Source: Eledone cirrhosa
Taxonomy: Eukaryota
NCBI GenBank assembly: GCA_964016885.1
Contig: OZ024759.1
Span: 1,674,001 to 1,738,000 of the forward strand
DNA: 64,000 nt
Direction: 5' to 3'
This document shows, one piece after another, positions 30,801-45,139 of the stretch. Under the pieces are notes generated by a model that did not search any database, had not been told where the DNA came from, and saw only the letters and a list, made by a program, of their open reading frames with translations. Positions within the stretch are counted from its first letter, which is position 1; each line of letters begins with the position of its first letter. Position numbers and translations under genes: made by a program.

Positions 30801-33800
30801 CAAAGTCTATATTAGTAACATGACAAAGTCTGTATTAGTAACATGACAAAGTCTATATTAGTAACATGACACAGTCTATATTAGTAACATGACAAAGTCT
30901 ATATTAGTAGCATGACAAAGTCTATATTAGTAACATGACAAAGTCTATATTAGTAACATGACAAAGTCTATATTAGTAACATGACAAAGTCTATATTAGT
31001 AACATGACAAAGTCTATATTAGTAACATGACAAAGTCTATATTAGTAACATGACACAGTCTATATTAGTAACATGACAGTCTATATTAGTAACATGACAG
31101 TCTACATTAGTAACATGACACAGTCTATATTAGTAACATGACAAAGTCGATATTAGTAACATGACAATGTCTATATTAGTAACATGACAAAGTCTATATT
31201 AGTAACATGACACAGTCTATATTACTAACATGACACAGTCTATATTAGTAACATGACACAGTCTATATTAGTAACATGACAAAGTCTATATTAGTAACAT
31301 GACAAAGTCTATATTAGTAACATGACAAAGTCTATATTAGTAACATGACACAGTCTATATTAGTAACATGACACCGTCTATATTAGTAGCATCACACAGT
31401 CCATATTAGTAACATGACAAAGTGTATATTAGTAAAATGACAAAGTCTATATTAGTAACATGACAAAGTCTTTATTAGTAACATGACACAGTCTATATTA
31501 GTAACATGACACAGTCTATATTAGTAACATGACAAAGTCTATATTAGTAACATGACAAAGTCTATATTAGTAACATGACAAAGTCTATATTAGTAACATA
31601 ACAAAGTCTATATTAGTAACATGACACAGTCTATATTAGTAACATGACACAGTCTAGATTAGTAACATGACACAGTCTATATTAGTAACATGAGACAGTC
31701 TATATTAGTAGCATGACAAAGTCTATATTAGTAACATGACACAGTCTACATTAGTAACATGACAAAGTCTATATTAGTAACATGACACAGTCTATATTAG
31801 TAACATGAGACAGTCTATATTAGTAACATGACAAAGTCTATATTAGTAACATGACACAGTCTATATTAGTAACATGACAAAGTCTATATTAGTAACATGA
31901 CAAAGTCTATATTAGTAACATGACAAAGTCTATATTAGTAACATGACAAAGTCTATATTAGTAGCATGACACAGTATATATTAGCAACATGACAAAGTCT
32001 ATATTAGTAACATGACACAGTCTATATTAGTAACATGACACAGTCTATATTAGTAACATGACACAGTCTATATTATTAACATGACAAAGTCTATATTAGT
32101 AACATGACACAGTCTATATTAGTAACATGAGACAGTCTATATTAGTAACATGACTAAGTCTATATTAGTAACATGACACAGTCTATATTAGTAACATGAC
32201 ACAGTCTATATTAGTAACATGACAAAGTCTATATTAGTTACATGACAAAGTCTATATTAGTAACATGACAAAGTCTATATTAGTAACATGACACAGTCTA
32301 TATTAGTAACATGACGAAGTCTATATTAGTAACATGACACAGTCTATATTAGTAACATGACACAGTCTATATTAGTAACATGACACAGTCTATATTAGTA
32401 ACATGACACAGTCTATATTAGTAACATGACAAAGTCTATATTAGTAACATGACAAAGTCTATATTAGTAACATGACAAAGTCTATATTAGTAACATGACA
32501 CAGTCTATATTAGTAACATGACACAGTCTATATTAGTAACATGACAAAGTCTATATTAGTAACATGACAAAGTCTATATTAGTAACATGACAAAGTCTAT
32601 ATTAGTAACATGACAAAGTCTATATTAGTAGCATGACACAGTCTATATTAGCAACATGACAAAGTCTATATTAGTAACATGACACAGTCTATATTAGTAG
32701 CATGACAAAGTCTGTATTAGTAACATGACAAAGTCTATATTAGTAACATGACAAAGTCTATATTAGTAACATGACAAAGTCTATATTAGTAACATGACAC
32801 AGTCTATATTAGTAACATGACAAAGTCTATATTAGTAGTATGACAAAGTCTATATTAGTAACATGACAAAGTCTATATTAGTAACATGACAAAGTCTATA
32901 TTAGTAACATGACAAAGTCTATATTAGTAACATGACACAGTATATATTAGTAACATGACAGTCTATATTAGTAACATGACAGTCTACATTAGTAACATGA
33001 CACAGTCTATATTAGTAACATGACAAAGTCGATATTAGTAACATGACAATGTCTATATTAGTAACATGACAAAGTCTATATTAGTAACATGACACAGTCT
33101 ATATTACTAACATGACACAGTCTATATTAGTAACATGACACAGTCTATATTAGTAACATGACAAAGTCTATATTAGTAACATGACAAAGTCTATATTAGT
33201 AACATGACAAAGTCTATATTAGTAACATGACACAGTCTATATTAGTAACATGACACAGTCTATATTAGTAGCATGACACAGTCTATATTAGTAACATGAT
33301 ACAGTCTATATTAGTAACATGACAAAGTCTATATTAGTAACATGACAAAGTCTATATTAGTAAAATGACAAAGTCTATATTAGTAACATGACAAAGTCTT
33401 TATTAGTAAGATGACACAGTCTATATTAGTAACATGACACAGTCTATATTAGTAACATGACAAAGTCTATATTAGTAACATGACAAAGTCTATATTAGTA
33501 ACATGACACAGTCTATATTAGTAACATCACACAGTCTATATTAGTAACATGACAAAGTCTATATTAGTAACATGACAAAGTCTATATTAGTAACATGACA
33601 CAGTCTATATTAGTAACATGACACAGTCTATATTAGTAACATGACACAGTCTATATTAGTAACATGAGACAGTCTATATTAGTAGCATGACAAAGTCTAT
33701 ATTAGTAACATGACACAGTCTACATTAGTAACATGACAAAGTCTATATTAGTAACATGACACAGTCTATATTAGTAACATGACGAAGTCTATATTAGTAA

Positions 33801-35699
33801 CATGACACAGTCTATATTAGTAACATGACACAGTCTATATTAGTAACATGAAAAAGTCTATATTAGTAACATGACAAAGTCTATATTAGTAACATGACAA
33901 AGTCTATATTAGTAACATGACAAAGTCTATATTAGTAGCATGACAAGTCTATATTAGCAACATGACAAAGTCTATATTAGTAACATGACACAGTCTATAT
34001 TAGTAACATGACACAGTCTATATTAGTAACATGACACAGTCTATATTAGTAACATGACAAAGTCTACATTAGTAACATGACAAAGTCTATATTAGTAACA
34101 TGACAAGGTCTGTATTAGTAACATGACACAGTCTATATTAGTAGCATGACACAGTCTATATTAGTAACATGATACAGTCTATATTAGTAACATGACAAAG
34201 TCTATATTAGTAACATGACAAAGTCTATATTAGTAAAATGACAAAGTCTATATTAGTAACATGACAAAGTCTTTATTAGTAACATGACACAGTCTATATT
34301 AGTAACATGACACAGTCTATATTAGTAACATGACAAAGTCTATATTAGTAACATGACAAAGTCTATATTAGTAACATGACAAAGTCTATATTAGTAGCAT
34401 GACAATGTCTGTATTTGTAACATGACAAAGTCTATATTAGTAACATGACAAAGTCTGTATTAGTAACATGACAAAGTCTATATTAGTAACATGACACAGT
34501 CTATATTAGTAACATGACAAAGTCTATATTAGTAGCATGACAAAGTCTATATTAGTAACATGACAAAGTCTATATTAGTAACATGACAAAGTCTATATTA
34601 GTAACATGACAAAGTCTATATTAGTAACATGACAAAGTCTATATTAGTAACATGACAAAGTCTATATTAGTAACATGACACAGTCTATATTAGTAACATG
34701 ACAGTCTATATTAGTAACATGACAGTCTACATTAGTAACATGACACAGTCTATATTAGTAACATGACAAAGTCGATATTAGTAACATGACAATGTCTATA
34801 TTAGTAACATGACAAAGTCTATATTAGTAACATGACAGTCTATATTACTAACATGACACAGTCTATATTAGTAACATGACACAGTCTATATTAGTAACAT
34901 GACAAAGTCTATATTAGTAACATGACAAAGTCTATATTAGTAACATGACAAAGTCTATATTAGTAACATGACACAGTCTATATTAGTAACATGACACCGT
35001 CTATATTAGTAGCATGACACAGTCCATATTAGTAACATGACAAAGTCTATATTAGTAAAATGACAAAGTCTATATTAGTAACATGACAAAGTCTTTATTA
35101 GTAACATGACACAGTCTATATTAGTAACATGACACAGTCTATATTAGTAACATGACAAAGTCTATATTAGTAACATGACAAAGTCTATATTAGTAACATG
35201 ACAAAGTCTATATTAGTAACATAACAAAGTCTATATTAGTAACATGACACAGTCTATATTAGTAACATGACACAGTCTAGATTAGTAACATGACACAGTC
35301 TATATTAGTAACATGAGACAGTCTATATTAGTAGCATGACAAAGTCTATATTAGTAACATGACACAGTCTACATTAGTAACATGACAAAGTCTATATTAG
35401 TAACATGACACAGTCTATATTAGTAACATGAGACAGTCTATATTAGTAACATGACACAGTCTATATTAGTAACATGACACAGTCTATATTAGTAACATGA
35501 CAAAGTCTATATTAGTAACATGACAAAGTCTATATTAGTAACATGACAAAGTCTATATTAGTAACATGACAAAGTCTATATTAGTAGCATGACACAGTAT
35601 ATATTAGCAACATGACAAAGTCTATATTAGTAACATGACACAGTCTATATTAGTAACATGACACAGTCTATATTAGTAACATGACACAGTCTATATTAT

Positions 35700-38600
35700 T
35701 AACATGACAAAGTCTATATTAGTAACATGACACAGTCTATATTAGTAACATGAGACAGTCTATATTAGTAACATGACTAAGTCTATATTAGTAACATGAC
35801 ACAGTCTATATTAGTAACATGACACAGTCTATATTAGTAACATGACAAAGTCTATATTAGTTACATGACAGAGTCTATATTAGTAACATGACAAAGTCTA
35901 TATTAGTAACATGACACAGTCTATATTAGTAACATGACGAAGTCTATATTAGTAACATGACACAGTCTATATTAGTAACATGACACAGTCTATATTAGTA
36001 ACATGAAAAAGTCTATATTAGTAACATGACAAAGTCTATATTAGTAACATGACAAAGTCTATATTAGTAACATGACAAAGTCTATATTAGTAGCATGACA
36101 CAGTCTATATTAGCAACATGACAAAGTCTATATTAGTAACATGACACAGTCTATATTAGTAACATGACACAGTCTATATTAGTAACATGACACAGTCTAT
36201 ATTAGTAACATGACAAAGTCTACATTAGTAACATGACTAAGTCTATATTAGTAACATGACAAGGTCTATATTAGTAACATGACACAGTCTATATTAGTAG
36301 CATGACACAGTCTATATTAGTAACATGATACAGTCTATATTAGTACCATGACAAAGTCTATATTAGTAACATGACACAGTCTATATTAGTAACATGACAG
36401 TCTATATTAGTAGCATGAAAGTCTACATTAGTAACATGACACAGTCTATATTAGTAACATGACAAAGTCGATATTAGTAACATGACAATGTCTATATTAG
36501 TAACATGACAAAGTCTATATTAGTAACATGACACAGTCTATATTACTAACATGACACAGTCTATATTAGTAACATGACAAAGTCTATATTAGTAACATGA
36601 CAAAGTCTATATTAGTAACATGACACAGTCTATATTAGTAACATGACACAGTCTATATTAGTAGCATGACACAGTCTATATTAGTAACATGATACAGTCT
36701 ATATTAGTAACATGACAAAGTCTATATTAGTAATATGACAAAGTCTATCTAAGTAAAATGACAAAGTCTATATTAGTAACATGACAAAGTCTTTATTAGT
36801 AACATGACACAGTCTATATTAGTAACATGACACAGTCTATATTAGTAACATGACAAAGTCTATATTAGTAACATGACAAAGTCTATATTAGTAACATGAC
36901 ACAGTCTATATTAGTAACATGACACAGTCTATATTAGTAACATGACAAAGTCTATATTAGTAACATGACAAAGTCTATATTAGTAACATGACAGAGTCTA
37001 TATTAGTAACATGACACAGTCTATATTAGTAACATGACACAGTCTAGATTAGTAACATGACACAGTCTATATTAGTAACATGAGACAGTCTATATTAGTA
37101 GCATGACAAAGTCTATATTAGTAACATGACACAGTCTACATTAGTAACATGACAAAGTCTATATTAGTAACATGACACAGTCTATATTAGTAACATGAGA
37201 CAGTCTATATTAGTAACATGACACAGTCTATATTAGTAACATGACAAAGTCTATATTAGTAACATGACAAAGTCTATATTAGTAACATGACAAAGTCTAT
37301 ATTAGTAACATGACAAAGTCTATATTAGTAACATGACACAGTCTATATTAGTAACATGACAGTCTATATTAGTAACATGACAGTCTACATTAGTAACATG
37401 ACACAGTCTATATTAGTAACATGACAAGGTCTGTATTAGTAACATGACACAGTCTATATTAGTAGCATGACACAGTCTATATTAGTAACATGATACAGTC
37501 TATATTAGTAACATGACAAAGTCTATATTAGTAACATGACAAAGTCTATATTAGTAAAATGACAAAGTCTATATTAGTAACATGACAAAGTCTTTATTAG
37601 TAACATGACACAGTCTATATTAGTAACATGACACAGTCTATATTAGTAACATGACAAAGTCTATATTAGTAACATGACAAAGTCTATATTAGTAACATGA
37701 CAAAGTCTATATTAGTAGCATGACAAAGTCTGTATTTGTAACATGACAAAGTCTATATTAGTAACATGACAAAGTCTGTATTAGTAACATGACAAAGTCT
37801 ATATTAGTAACATGACACAGTCTATATTAGTAACATGACAAAGTCTATATTAGTAGCATGACAAAGTCTATATTAGTAACATGACAAAGTCTATATTAGT
37901 AACATGACAAAGTCTATATTAGTAAAATGACAAAGTCTATATTAGTAACATGACAAAGTCTTTATTTGTAACATGACACAGTCTATATTAGTAACATGAC
38001 ACAGTCTATATTAGTAACATGACAAAGTCTTTATTAGTAACATGACACAGTCTATATTAGTAACATGACAAAGTCTATATTAGTAACATGACAAAGTCTA
38101 TATTAGTAACATGACAAAGTCTATATTAGTAGCATGACAAAGTCTATATTAGTAAAATGACAAAGTCTATATTAGTAACATGACACAGTCTATATTAGTA
38201 ACATGAGACAGTCTATATTAGTAACATGACTAAGTCTATATTAGTAACATGACACAGTCTATATTAGTAACATGACACAGTCTATATTAGTAACATGACA
38301 AAGTCTATATTAGTTACATGACAAAGTCTATATTAGTAACATGACAAAGTCTATATTAGTAACATGACACAGTCTATATTAGTAACATGACGAAGTCTAT
38401 ATTAGTAACATGACACAGTCTATATTAGTAACATGACACAGTCTATATTAGTAACATGAAAAAGTCTATATTAGTAACATGACAAAGTCTATATTAGTAA
38501 CATGACAAAGTCTATATTAGTAACATGACAAAGTCTATATTAGTAGCATGACACAGTCTATATTAGCAACATGACACAGTCTATATTAGTAACATGACAC

Positions 38601-40570
38601 AGTCTATATTAGTAACATGACACAGTCTATATTAGTAACATGACACAGTCTATATTAGTAACATGACAAAGTCTACATTAGTAACATGACTAAGTCTATA
38701 TTAGTAACATGACAAGGTCTATATTAGTAACATGACACAGTCTATATTAGTAGCATGACACAGTCTATATTAGTAACATGATACAGTCTATATTAGTACC
38801 ATGACAAAGTCTATATTAGTAACATGACACAGTCTATATTAGTAACATGACAGTCTATATTAGTAGCATGAAAGTCTACATTAGTAACATGACACAGTCT
38901 ATATTAGTAACATGACAAAGTCGATATTAGTAACATGACAATGTCTATATTAGTAACATGACAAAGTCTATATTAGTAACATGACACAGTCTATATTACT
39001 AACATGACACAGTCTATATTAGTAACATGACAAAGTCTATATTAGTAACATGACAAAGTCTATATTAGTAACATGACACAGTCTATATTAGTAACATGAC
39101 ACAGTCTATATTAGTAGCATGACACAGTCTATATTAGTAACATGATACAGTCTATATTAGTAACATGACAAAGTCTATATTAGTAATATGACAAAGTCTA
39201 TCTAAGTAAAATGACAAAGTCTATATTAGTAACATGACAAAGTCTTTATTAGTAACATGACACAGTCTATATTAGTAACATGACACAGTCTATATTAGTA
39301 ACATGACAAAGTCTATATTAGTAACATGACAAAGTCTATATTAGTAACATGACACAGTCTATATTAGTAACATGACACAGTCTATATTAGTAACATGACA
39401 AAGTCTATATTAGTAACATGACAAAGTCTATATTAGTAACATGACAGAGTCTATATTAGTAACATGACACAGTCTATATTAGTAACATGACACAGTCTAG
39501 ATTAGTAACATGACACAGTCTATATTAGTAACATGAGACAGTCTATATTAGTAGCATGACAAAGTCTATATTAGTAACATGACACAGTCTACATTAGTAA
39601 CATGACAAAGTCTATATTAGTAACATGACACAGTCTATATTAGTAACATGAGACAGTCTATATTAGTAACATGACACAGTCTATATTAGTAACATGACAA
39701 AGTCTATATTAGTAACATGACAAAGTCTATATTAGTAACATGACAAAGTCTATATTAGTAACATGACAAAGTCTATATTAGTAACATGACACAGTCTATA
39801 TTAGTAACATGACAGTCTATATTAGTAACATGACAGTCTACATTAGTAACATGACACAGTCTATATTAGTAACATGACAAGGTCTGTATTAGTAACATGA
39901 CACAGTCTATATTAGTAGCATGACACAGTCTATATTAGTAACATGATACAGTCTATATTAGTAACATGACAAAGTCTATATTAGTAACATGACAAAGTCT
40001 ATATTAGTAAAATGACAAAGTCTATATTAGTAACATGACAAAGTCTTTATTAGTAACATGACACAGTCTATATTAGTAACATGACACAGTCTATATTAGT
40101 AACATGACAAAGTCTATATTAGTAACATGACAAAGTCTATATTAGTAACATGACAAAGTCTATATTAGTAGCATGACAAAGTCTGTATTTGTAACATGAC
40201 AAAGTCTATATTAGTAACATGACAAAGTCTGTATTAGTAACATGACAAAGTCTATATTAGTAACATGACACAGTCTATATTAGTAACATGACAAAGTCTA
40301 TATTAGTAGCATGACAAAGTCTATATTAGTAACATGACAAAGTCTATATTAGTAACATGACAAAGTCTATATTAGTAAAATGACAAAGTCTATATTAGTA
40401 ACATGACAAAGTCTTTATTTGTAACATGACACAGTCTATATTAGTAACATGACACAGTCTATATTAGTAACATGACAAAGTCTGTATTAGTAACATGACA
40501 CAGTCTATATTAGTAACATGACAAAGTCTATATTAGTAACATGACAAAGTCTATATTAGTAACATGACAA
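35700..40570. repeat. Tandem duplication of 2,453 bp nested in the 12.75-kb unit (second instance)
   Basis: TACCATG 36346/38799 and TATCTAAG 36749/39202, both at offset 2453. Boundaries are approximate. Confidence 0.8.
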
Positions 40571-41164
40571 AGTCTATATTAGTAGCATGACAAAGTCTGT
40601 ATTAGTAACATGACAAAGTCTATATTAGTAACATGACAAAGTCTATATTAGTAACATGACAAAGTTTATATTAGTAACATGACACAGTCTATATTAGTAA
40701 CATGACAAAGTCTATATTAGTAGCATGACAAAGTCTATATTAGTAACATGACAAAGTCTATATTAGTAACATGACAAAGTCTATATTAGTAACATGACAA
40801 CGTCTATATTAGTAACATGACAAAGTCTATATTAGTAACATGACAAAGTCTATATTAGTAACATGACACAGTCTATATTAGTAACATGACAGTCTATATT
40901 ATTAACATGACAGTCTACATTAGTAACATGACACAGTCTATATTAGTAACATGACAAAGTCGATATTAGTAACATGACAATGTCTATATTAGTAACATGA
41001 CAAAGTCTATATTTGTAATATGACAAAGTCTATATTAGTAAAATGACAAAGTCTATATTAGTAACATGACAAAGTCTTTATTAGTAACATGACACAGTCT
41101 ATATTAGTAACATGACACAGTCTATATTAGTAACATGACAAAGTCTATATTAGTAACATGACAA

Positions 41165-44100
41165 AGTCTATATTAGTAACATGACACAGTCTATATTAGT
41201 AACATGACACAGTCTATATTAGTAACATGACAAAGTCTATATTAGTAACATGACAAAGTCTATATTAGTAACATGACACAGTCTATATTAGTAACATGAC
41301 ACAGTCTATATTAGTAACATGAGACAGTCTATATTAGTAGCATGACAAAGTCTATATTAGTAACATGACACAGTCTACATTAGTAACATGAAAAAGTCTA
41401 TATTAGTAACATGACACAGTCTATATTAGTAACATGAGACAGTCTATATTAGTAACATGACAAAGTCTATATTAGTAACATGACACAGTCTATATTAGTA
41501 ACATGACACAGTCTATATTAGTAACATGACAAAGTCTATATTAGTAACATGACAAAGTCTATATTAGTAACATGACAAAGTCTATATTAGTAACATGACA
41601 CAGTCTATATTAGTAACATGACACAGTCTATATTAGTAACATGACAAAGTCTATATTAGTAACATGACAAAGTCTATATTAGTAACATGACAAAGTCTAT
41701 ATTAGTAACATGACAAAGTCTATATTAGTAGCATGACACAGTCTATATTAGCAACATGACAAAGTCTATATTAGTAACATGACACAGTCTATATTAGTAG
41801 CATGACAAAGTCTGTATTAGTAACATGACAAAGTCTATATTAGTAACATGACAAAGTCTATATTAGTAACATGACACAGTCTATATTAGTAACATGACAA
41901 AGTCTATATTAGTAGTATGACAAAGTCTATATTAGTAACATGACAAAGTCTATATTAGTAACATGACAAAGTCTATATTAGTAACATGACAAAGTCTATA
42001 TTAGTAACATGACAAAGTCGATATTAGTAACATGACAAAGTCTATATTAGTAACATGACACAGTATATATTAGTAACATGACAGTCTATATTAGTAACAT
42101 GACAGTCTACATTAGTAACATGACACAGTCTATATTAGTAACATGACAAAGTCGATATTAGTAACATGACAATGTCTATATTAGTAACATGACAAAGTCT
42201 ATATTAGTAACATGACACAGTCTATATTACTAACATGACACAGTCTATATTAGTAACATGACACAGTCTATATTAGTAACATGACAAAGTCTATATTAGT
42301 AACATGACAAAGTCTATATTAGTAACATGACAAAGTCTATATTAGTAACATGACACAGTCTATATTAGTAACATGACACAGTCTATATTAGTAGCATGAC
42401 ACAGTCTATATTAGTAACATGATACAGTCTATATTAGTAACATGACAAAGTCTATATTAGTAACATGACAAAGTCTATATTAGTAAAATGACAAAGTCTA
42501 TATTAGTAACATGACAAAGTCTTTATTAGTAAGATGACACAGTCTATATTAGTAACATGACACAGTCTATATTAGTAACATGACAAAGTCTATATTAGTA
42601 ACATGACAAAGTCTATATTAGTAACATGACACAGTCTATATTAGTAACATCACACAGTCTATATTAGTAACATGACAAAGTCTATATTAGTAACATGACA
42701 AAGTCTATATTAGTAACATGACACAGTCTATATTAGTAACATGACACAGTCTATATTAGTAACATGACACAGTCTATATTAGTAACATGAGACAGTCTAT
42801 ATTAGTAGCATGACAAAGTCTATATTAGTAACATGACACAGTCTACATTAGTAACATGACAAAGTCTATATTAGTAACATGACACAGTCTATATTAGTAA
42901 CATGACGAAGTCTATATTAGTAACATGACACAGTCTATATTAGTAACATGACACAGTCTATATTAGTAACATGAAAAAGTCTATATTAGTAACATGACAA
43001 AGTCTATATTAGTAACATGACAAAGTCTATATTAGTAACATGACAAAGTCTATATTAGTAGCATGACAAGTCTATATTAGCAACATGACAAAGTCTATAT
43101 TAGTAACATGACACAGTCTATATTAGTAACATGACACAGTCTATATTAGTAACATGACACAGTCTATATTAGTAACATGACAAAGTCTATATTAGTAACA
43201 TGACAAAGTCTATATTAGTAACATGACACAGTCTATATTAGTAACATGACACAGTCTATATTAGTAACATGAGACAGTCTATATTAGTAGCATGACAAAG
43301 TCTATATTAGTAACATGACACAGTCTACATTAGTAACATGAAAAAGTCTATATTAGTAACATGACACAGTCTATATTAGTAACATGAGACAGTCTATATT
43401 AGTAACATGACAAAGTCTATATTAGTAACATGACACAGTCTATATTAGTAACATGACACAGTCTATATTAGTAACATGACAAAGTCTATATTAGTAACAT
43501 GACAAAGTCTATATTAGTAACATGACAAAGTCTATATTAGTAACATGACACAGTCTATATTAGTAACATGACACAGTCTATATTAGTAACATGACAAAGT
43601 CTATATTAGTAACATGACAAAGTCTATATTAGTAACATGACAAAGTCTATATTAGTAACATGACAAAGTCTATATTAGTAGCATGACACAGTCTATATTA
43701 GCAACATGACAAAGTCTATATTAGTAACATGACACAGTCTATATTAGTAGCATGACAAAGTCTGTATTAGTAACATGACAAAGTCTATATTAGTAACATG
43801 ACAAAGTCTATATTAGTAACATGACACAGTCTATATTAGTAACATGACAAAGTCTATATTAGTAGTATGACAAAGTCTATATTAGTAACATGACAAAGTC
43901 TATATTAGTAACATGACAAAGTCTATATTAGTAACATGACAAAGTCTATATTAGTAACATGACAAAGTCGATATTAGTAACATGACAAAGTCTATATTAG
44001 TAACATGACACAGTATATATTAGTAACATGACAGTCTATATTAGTAACATGACAGTCTACATTAGTAACATGACACAGTCTATATTAGTAACATGACAAA

Positions 44101-45139
44101 GTCGATATTAGTAACATGACAATGTCTATATTAGTAACATGACAAAGTCTATATTAGTAACATGACACAGTCTATATTACTAACATGACACAGTCTATAT
44201 TAGTAACATGACACAGTCTATATTAGTAACATGACAAAGTCTATATTAGTAACATGACAAAGTCTATATTAGTAACATGACAAAGTCTATATTAGTAACA
44301 TGACACAGTCTATATTAGTAACATGACACAGTCTATATTAGTAGCATGACACAGTCTATATTAGTAACATGATACAGTCTATATTAGTAACATGACAAAG
44401 TCTATATTAGTAACATGACAAAGTCTATATTAGTAAAATGACAAAGTCTATATTAGTAACATGACAAAGTCTTTATTAGTAAGATGACACAGTCTATATT
44501 AGTAACATGACACAGTCTATATTAGTAACATGACAAAGTCTATATTAGTAACATGACAAAGTCTATATTAGTAACATGACACAGTCTATATTAGTAACAT
44601 CACACAGTCTATATTAGTAACATGACAAAGTCTATATTAGTAACATGACAAAGTCTATATTAGTAACATGACACAGTCTATATTAGTAACATGACACAGT
44701 CTATATTAGTAACATGACACAGTCTATATTAGTAACATGAGACAGTCTATATTAGTAGCATGACAAAGTCTATATTAGTAACATGACACAGTCTACATTA
44801 GTAACATGACAAAGTCTATATTAGTAACATGACACAGTCTATATTAGTAACATGACGAAGTCTATATTAGTAACATGACACAGTCTATATTAGTAACATG
44901 ACACAGTCTATATTAGTAACATGAAAAAGTCTATATTAGTAACATGACAAAGTCTATATTAGTAACATGACAAAGTCTATATTAGTAACATGACAAAGTC
45001 TATATTAGTAGCATGACAAGTCTATATTAGCAACATGACAAAGTCTATATTAGTAACATGACACAGTCTATATTAGTAACATGACACAGTCTATATTAGT
45101 AACATGACACAGTCTATATTAGTAACATGACAAAGTCTA
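41165..45139. repeat. Tandem duplication with a 1,950-bp period (85 monomers)
   Basis: TACAT followed by an AAAAAG monomer 41391/43341, TAGTATG 41915/43865, CATCAC 42651/44601. 85x23-5 equals 1950. Identity breaks at 41164/43114 and 43190/45140. Confidence 0.88.

Larger units (their letters stand above)
16104..43189. repeat. Higher-order duplication with a period of about 12.75 kb (offsets 12,725-12,794, differing by whole monomers)
   Basis: TAGTATG 16373/29167 (12794) and 29167/41915 (12748). CATCAC 20780/33528 and 29903/42651 (12748). TACCATG 23621/36346 (12725) and 26028/38799 (12771). TATCTAAG 23978/36749 and 26431/39202 (12771). Boundaries are approximate. Confidence 0.85.
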
